NCBI GenBank assembly: GCA_965232535.1
Contig: CBDDPW010000007.1
Span: 21,420 to 85,419 of the forward strand
Direction of reading: 5' to 3'
Length of the DNA stretch: 64,000 nucleotides
From: Candidatus Poribacteria bacterium
Lineage (GTDB): Bacteria; Poribacteria; WGA-4E; JAJDTR01
Part shown: in pieces, positions 61,369 through 64,000 of the stretch
Position numbering within the stretch: position 1 is the stretch's first letter
Layout: the number at the start of each line of letters is the position of its first letter
Notes under the pieces: generated by a model
Database searches by the model: none
Told to the model about the DNA's origin: nothing
The model's input: the letters and a program-made list of their open reading frames with translations, nothing else
Program-made: the position numbers and the translations under genes

Positions 61369-62986
61369 ATGGAAAGCAGTAGTTCATCGTCTTTTGTTAA
61401 AGCGTTAGTTGTGGCTTTACTGTTGTTGACAATACCGAGTTTGACCCCCGCGTGGGCAGCAGATTCGGACGAAGACCTCTCACTCCTTTCCAGCGCGAAT
61501 GAAGTCGTCGCAGCAGTCCTGTTTTTTGATCTTGCGTTCGGCTCCGTTCAGATAGATGTAGTCAATCGAGATGGATCGCCAGTTTACGATGAAGACGGCA
61601 ACCCAAAGAAAAGAGTCGTCGCTGTTCCATTTCTCGTGATGCTCCTCATACTTGGAGGGATCTTTTTTACCTTCTGGTATCGCTGGATTACTATACGAGG
61701 GTTCAAACATTCGATTGACGTGATCCGCGGCAAATTCGATAGACCGGAGGACACCGGGGAGATTTCGCATTTCCGCGCACTCACGAGCGCACTGTCTGCA
61801 ACGGTAGGCTTGGGAAATATCGCCGGTGTCGCTATCGCGATTCAGTTGGGCGGTCCCGGAGCGGTGTTCTGGATGATCTTTGCCGCTATCTTCGGCATGG
61901 GCGAAAAGTTCTGCACCTGTGTTATGTCTCAGATGTATCGCAAGGTGAACAGTGATGGCTCGATTTCGGGTGGCGCCATGTATTATGTCGATCTCGGTCT
62001 GAAGCAGATGGGCGGTTATTGGAAACCTATCGGGAAAGTTCTTGCCGTGATGTACGGGCTAATGATTATGGGTGGCGCAATCGGCGGTGGAAACATGTTC
62101 CAGGTTAACCAAACTGCCGAAGCCTTCAGGAGTACCTTCGGAATTCCTGAAAGTTATAACTGGCTTATTGGTGTCGCCATGGCGGTGCTGGTCGGAATTG
62201 TTATTATCGGCGGTATCAAACGCATTGGCGCCGCAACGTCAAAGATTGTCCCTGCGCATGTGCGGCATTTACGTGGTCGCGTCGCTCTTCATAATCCTCA
62301 CAAATATCACGAAGATTCCCGAAACTATCGCTCTGATCTTCAGTATGGCGTTCACCGACAATGCTTTCTATGGCGGATTTGTAGGAGTCTTTGTTTGGGG
62401 TATCAGGCGTGCCGCATTCTCCAACGAAGCAGGACTTGGCAGCGCTGCTATCGCTCATGCCGCGGCTAAGACCGATGAACCCGTTCGGGAAGGTATCATC
62501 GGCATGATTGGTCCATTCATTGATACTGTCATTGTATGCTCCATGACAGCTATAGTGGTGATTATCACCGGGGCTTGGATCGATCCTAACATTCCCCAGA
62601 AAGCTGGCGTCGCCCTGACCACGGCAGCATATGGGAGTGTTATTGGCTGGTTCCCCTACATTCTCACGATCAGCATAGGGCTTTTCGCCTATTCTACAAT
62701 GATCTCTTGGTGTTACTACGGGGAGAGGGGTTGGGTTTATCTGTTGGATCATTTCAACGGTATAGGCTTAAAAACCGTCATCGTCTTCAGGGTCATTTTC
62801 GTAGGCTGCATCCTGTTTGGTGCAATCAACACGTTGGCAGATGTACTTGATTTTTCAGACCTTCTGATTCTCAGCATGGCTTTCCCGAACATTGTGGGAA
62901 GCATCATCCTGGCACCTAGGGTTCTGGAAAAAGTGCGAGACTATTGGGGACGCTACACATCCGGTGAAATGAAGCCAGTTCAATAG
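61369..62986 (+). pseudogene. Alanine/glycine:cation symporter (AGCS), frameshifted by one extra base at 62257 (or sequencing error)
   Basis: ALSATVGLGNIAGVA in ORF1, FSNEAGLGSA in ORF2; removing C62257 gives KIVPAMCGIY. Confidence 0.82.
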
Positions 62987-63015
62987 TCGGTTTAATATAA
63001 GTTGGGAGGTTACTT

Positions 63016-63537
63016 GTGGGCACCGTCGAAGTCCAAGGGAGGCGTTTCGAACTTGCTTCTCTATGAGATAGGATTGTCGGTCAGTTCCTTGATGGATTGA
63101 TATATGTGGCTATTTTCGTGATAGGCCTCTTGGCGGGCCTCCCGACCGATATAGCCATTCTAACCATTCTCGGGGTAATTGGAGCTATTCTATACGAGCT
63201 TTTTCAGGATGGCTTAACGAATGGTCAAAGCTTGGGCAAAAAGGCGGTGCAAACAAAGGTAATTGATTCAAGAACTGCCTCTCCTTGCACTTTCGGTCAG
63301 TCCTTCCTCCGGAACCTTCTACTCGCAATACTCGGCTTTATTGACTGGGTGTTCATTTTTGGTGAAAAGAAGCAGCGCCTTGGTGACAGGGCTGCACACA
63401 CGTATGTAGTTAAGCTGCACGAATTGCCAAAAATGTCCCCGGAGAAGCTTGCCGGCGAGTAGAACTGCCCACAATGCGGCGAAAGAAACTCCGATGCAAT
63501 CCTTACCTGCCAACATTGTGGTTCTCGTCTGCGATAG
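63016..63537 (+). pseudogene. RDD family protein with C-terminal zinc ribbon, two in-frame stops
   Basis: GTG 63016 after GGAGG; LASL*DRIVGQFLD (TGA 63064); GQSLGKK, QRLGD; GE*NCPQCGERN...CQHCG (TAG 63460). Confidence 0.75.
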
Positions 63538-63705
63538 TGCCTGTCCATTTGTCGCAGTTCACTGCGGGACCTTGGACCCAAAAAGAGTTGATGGATTCTT
63601 CCGTTGGGGCGGATATAGCCAAGCTGGTATTTCTCCACGCGGGTTTTCAAAATCGTGGAGAATAGTGTCTGCCCCGACCCTTCCTCCAATTGATTCCTTA
63701 TTACC

Positions 63706-64000
63706 ATGCGAGACAAACTATCGCCCAAGACAGCCATCTTTGTGGTCATTGCGATCCTTTTGCCATTGCTGACCCACGGGATGGATCTCTTTCTCCAATG
63801 GCTATCGACGCGCGGGATTTACGTGCCGCTTCCGTTCGGCAGCAGCAGTCTGCTGCGAGTGCTGACGGAACTGTATCTCTATATGTTACTGGCTGTCGGC
63901 TTAAACATTGTGATGGGGAGTTTTCGTCGTCCGGACGTTGGTTTTGCCGCATTCTATCTCATCGGCGGGTATACGGCGGGACTATTGATGACGAAATTGG
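63706..64000 (+). CDS. Branched-chain amino acid ABC permease (LivM-like), partial
   Basis: LAVGLNIVMG...VGFAAFYLIGGYTAG in frame with ATG 63706; runs off the window. Confidence 0.7.
   Translation, partial: MRDKLSPKTAIFVVIAILLPLLTHGMDLFLQWLSTRGIYVPLPFGSSSLLRVLTELYLYMLLAVGLNIVMGSFRRPDVGFAAFYLIGGYTAGLLMTKL

Noticed and set aside
63064-63462. Alternative genetic code (stop reassigned to Trp)
   Set aside because: Many genes in the window end normally at TGA or TAG and use TGG for Trp.
63603-63678. tRNA-like start GCGGATATAGCCAAGCTGGTA
   Set aside because: No anticodon or TpsiC arm and no CCA; folds as a REP-like long hairpin.

Overview
Bacterial chromosomal window, most likely Candidatus Poribacteria. 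This is an inference from the recurrent PNPFNPETWIPY and GKxATTWAxLK C-termini and the abundance of WD40, TPR, LamG and Gfo/Idh/MocA proteins. Layout: (1) 1-15 kb, three very large secreted proteins with C-terminal sorting-like domains, including a >2000-aa C25 (gingipain/PorU-like) peptidase missing from the ORF track; (2) 15-18 kb, an IS5-family element joining two 5'-truncated genes; (3) 18-46 kb, CRTAC1/TPR, LamG, an SSS transporter and a long catabolic cluster; (4) 46-58 kb, an accessory/defence island (DUF2280-like gene, IS982, FRG-TPR, type III R-M); (5) 58-64 kb, porin, SaoD-like protein and transporters. No rRNA, tRNA or CRISPR was found. The most unusual signals are non-coding. One is a 37-nt micro-element with a covarying tandem-GA hairpin, inserted into unrelated repeats without target-site duplication. 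Another is an IS982-ended MITE family carrying NrdR-box-like pairs at exact 32-bp spacing, one copy of which occupies the upstream region of a phage-like gene. A third is a structured ~187-bp tandem array. All product calls come from motif recognition by eye; no database searches were run.
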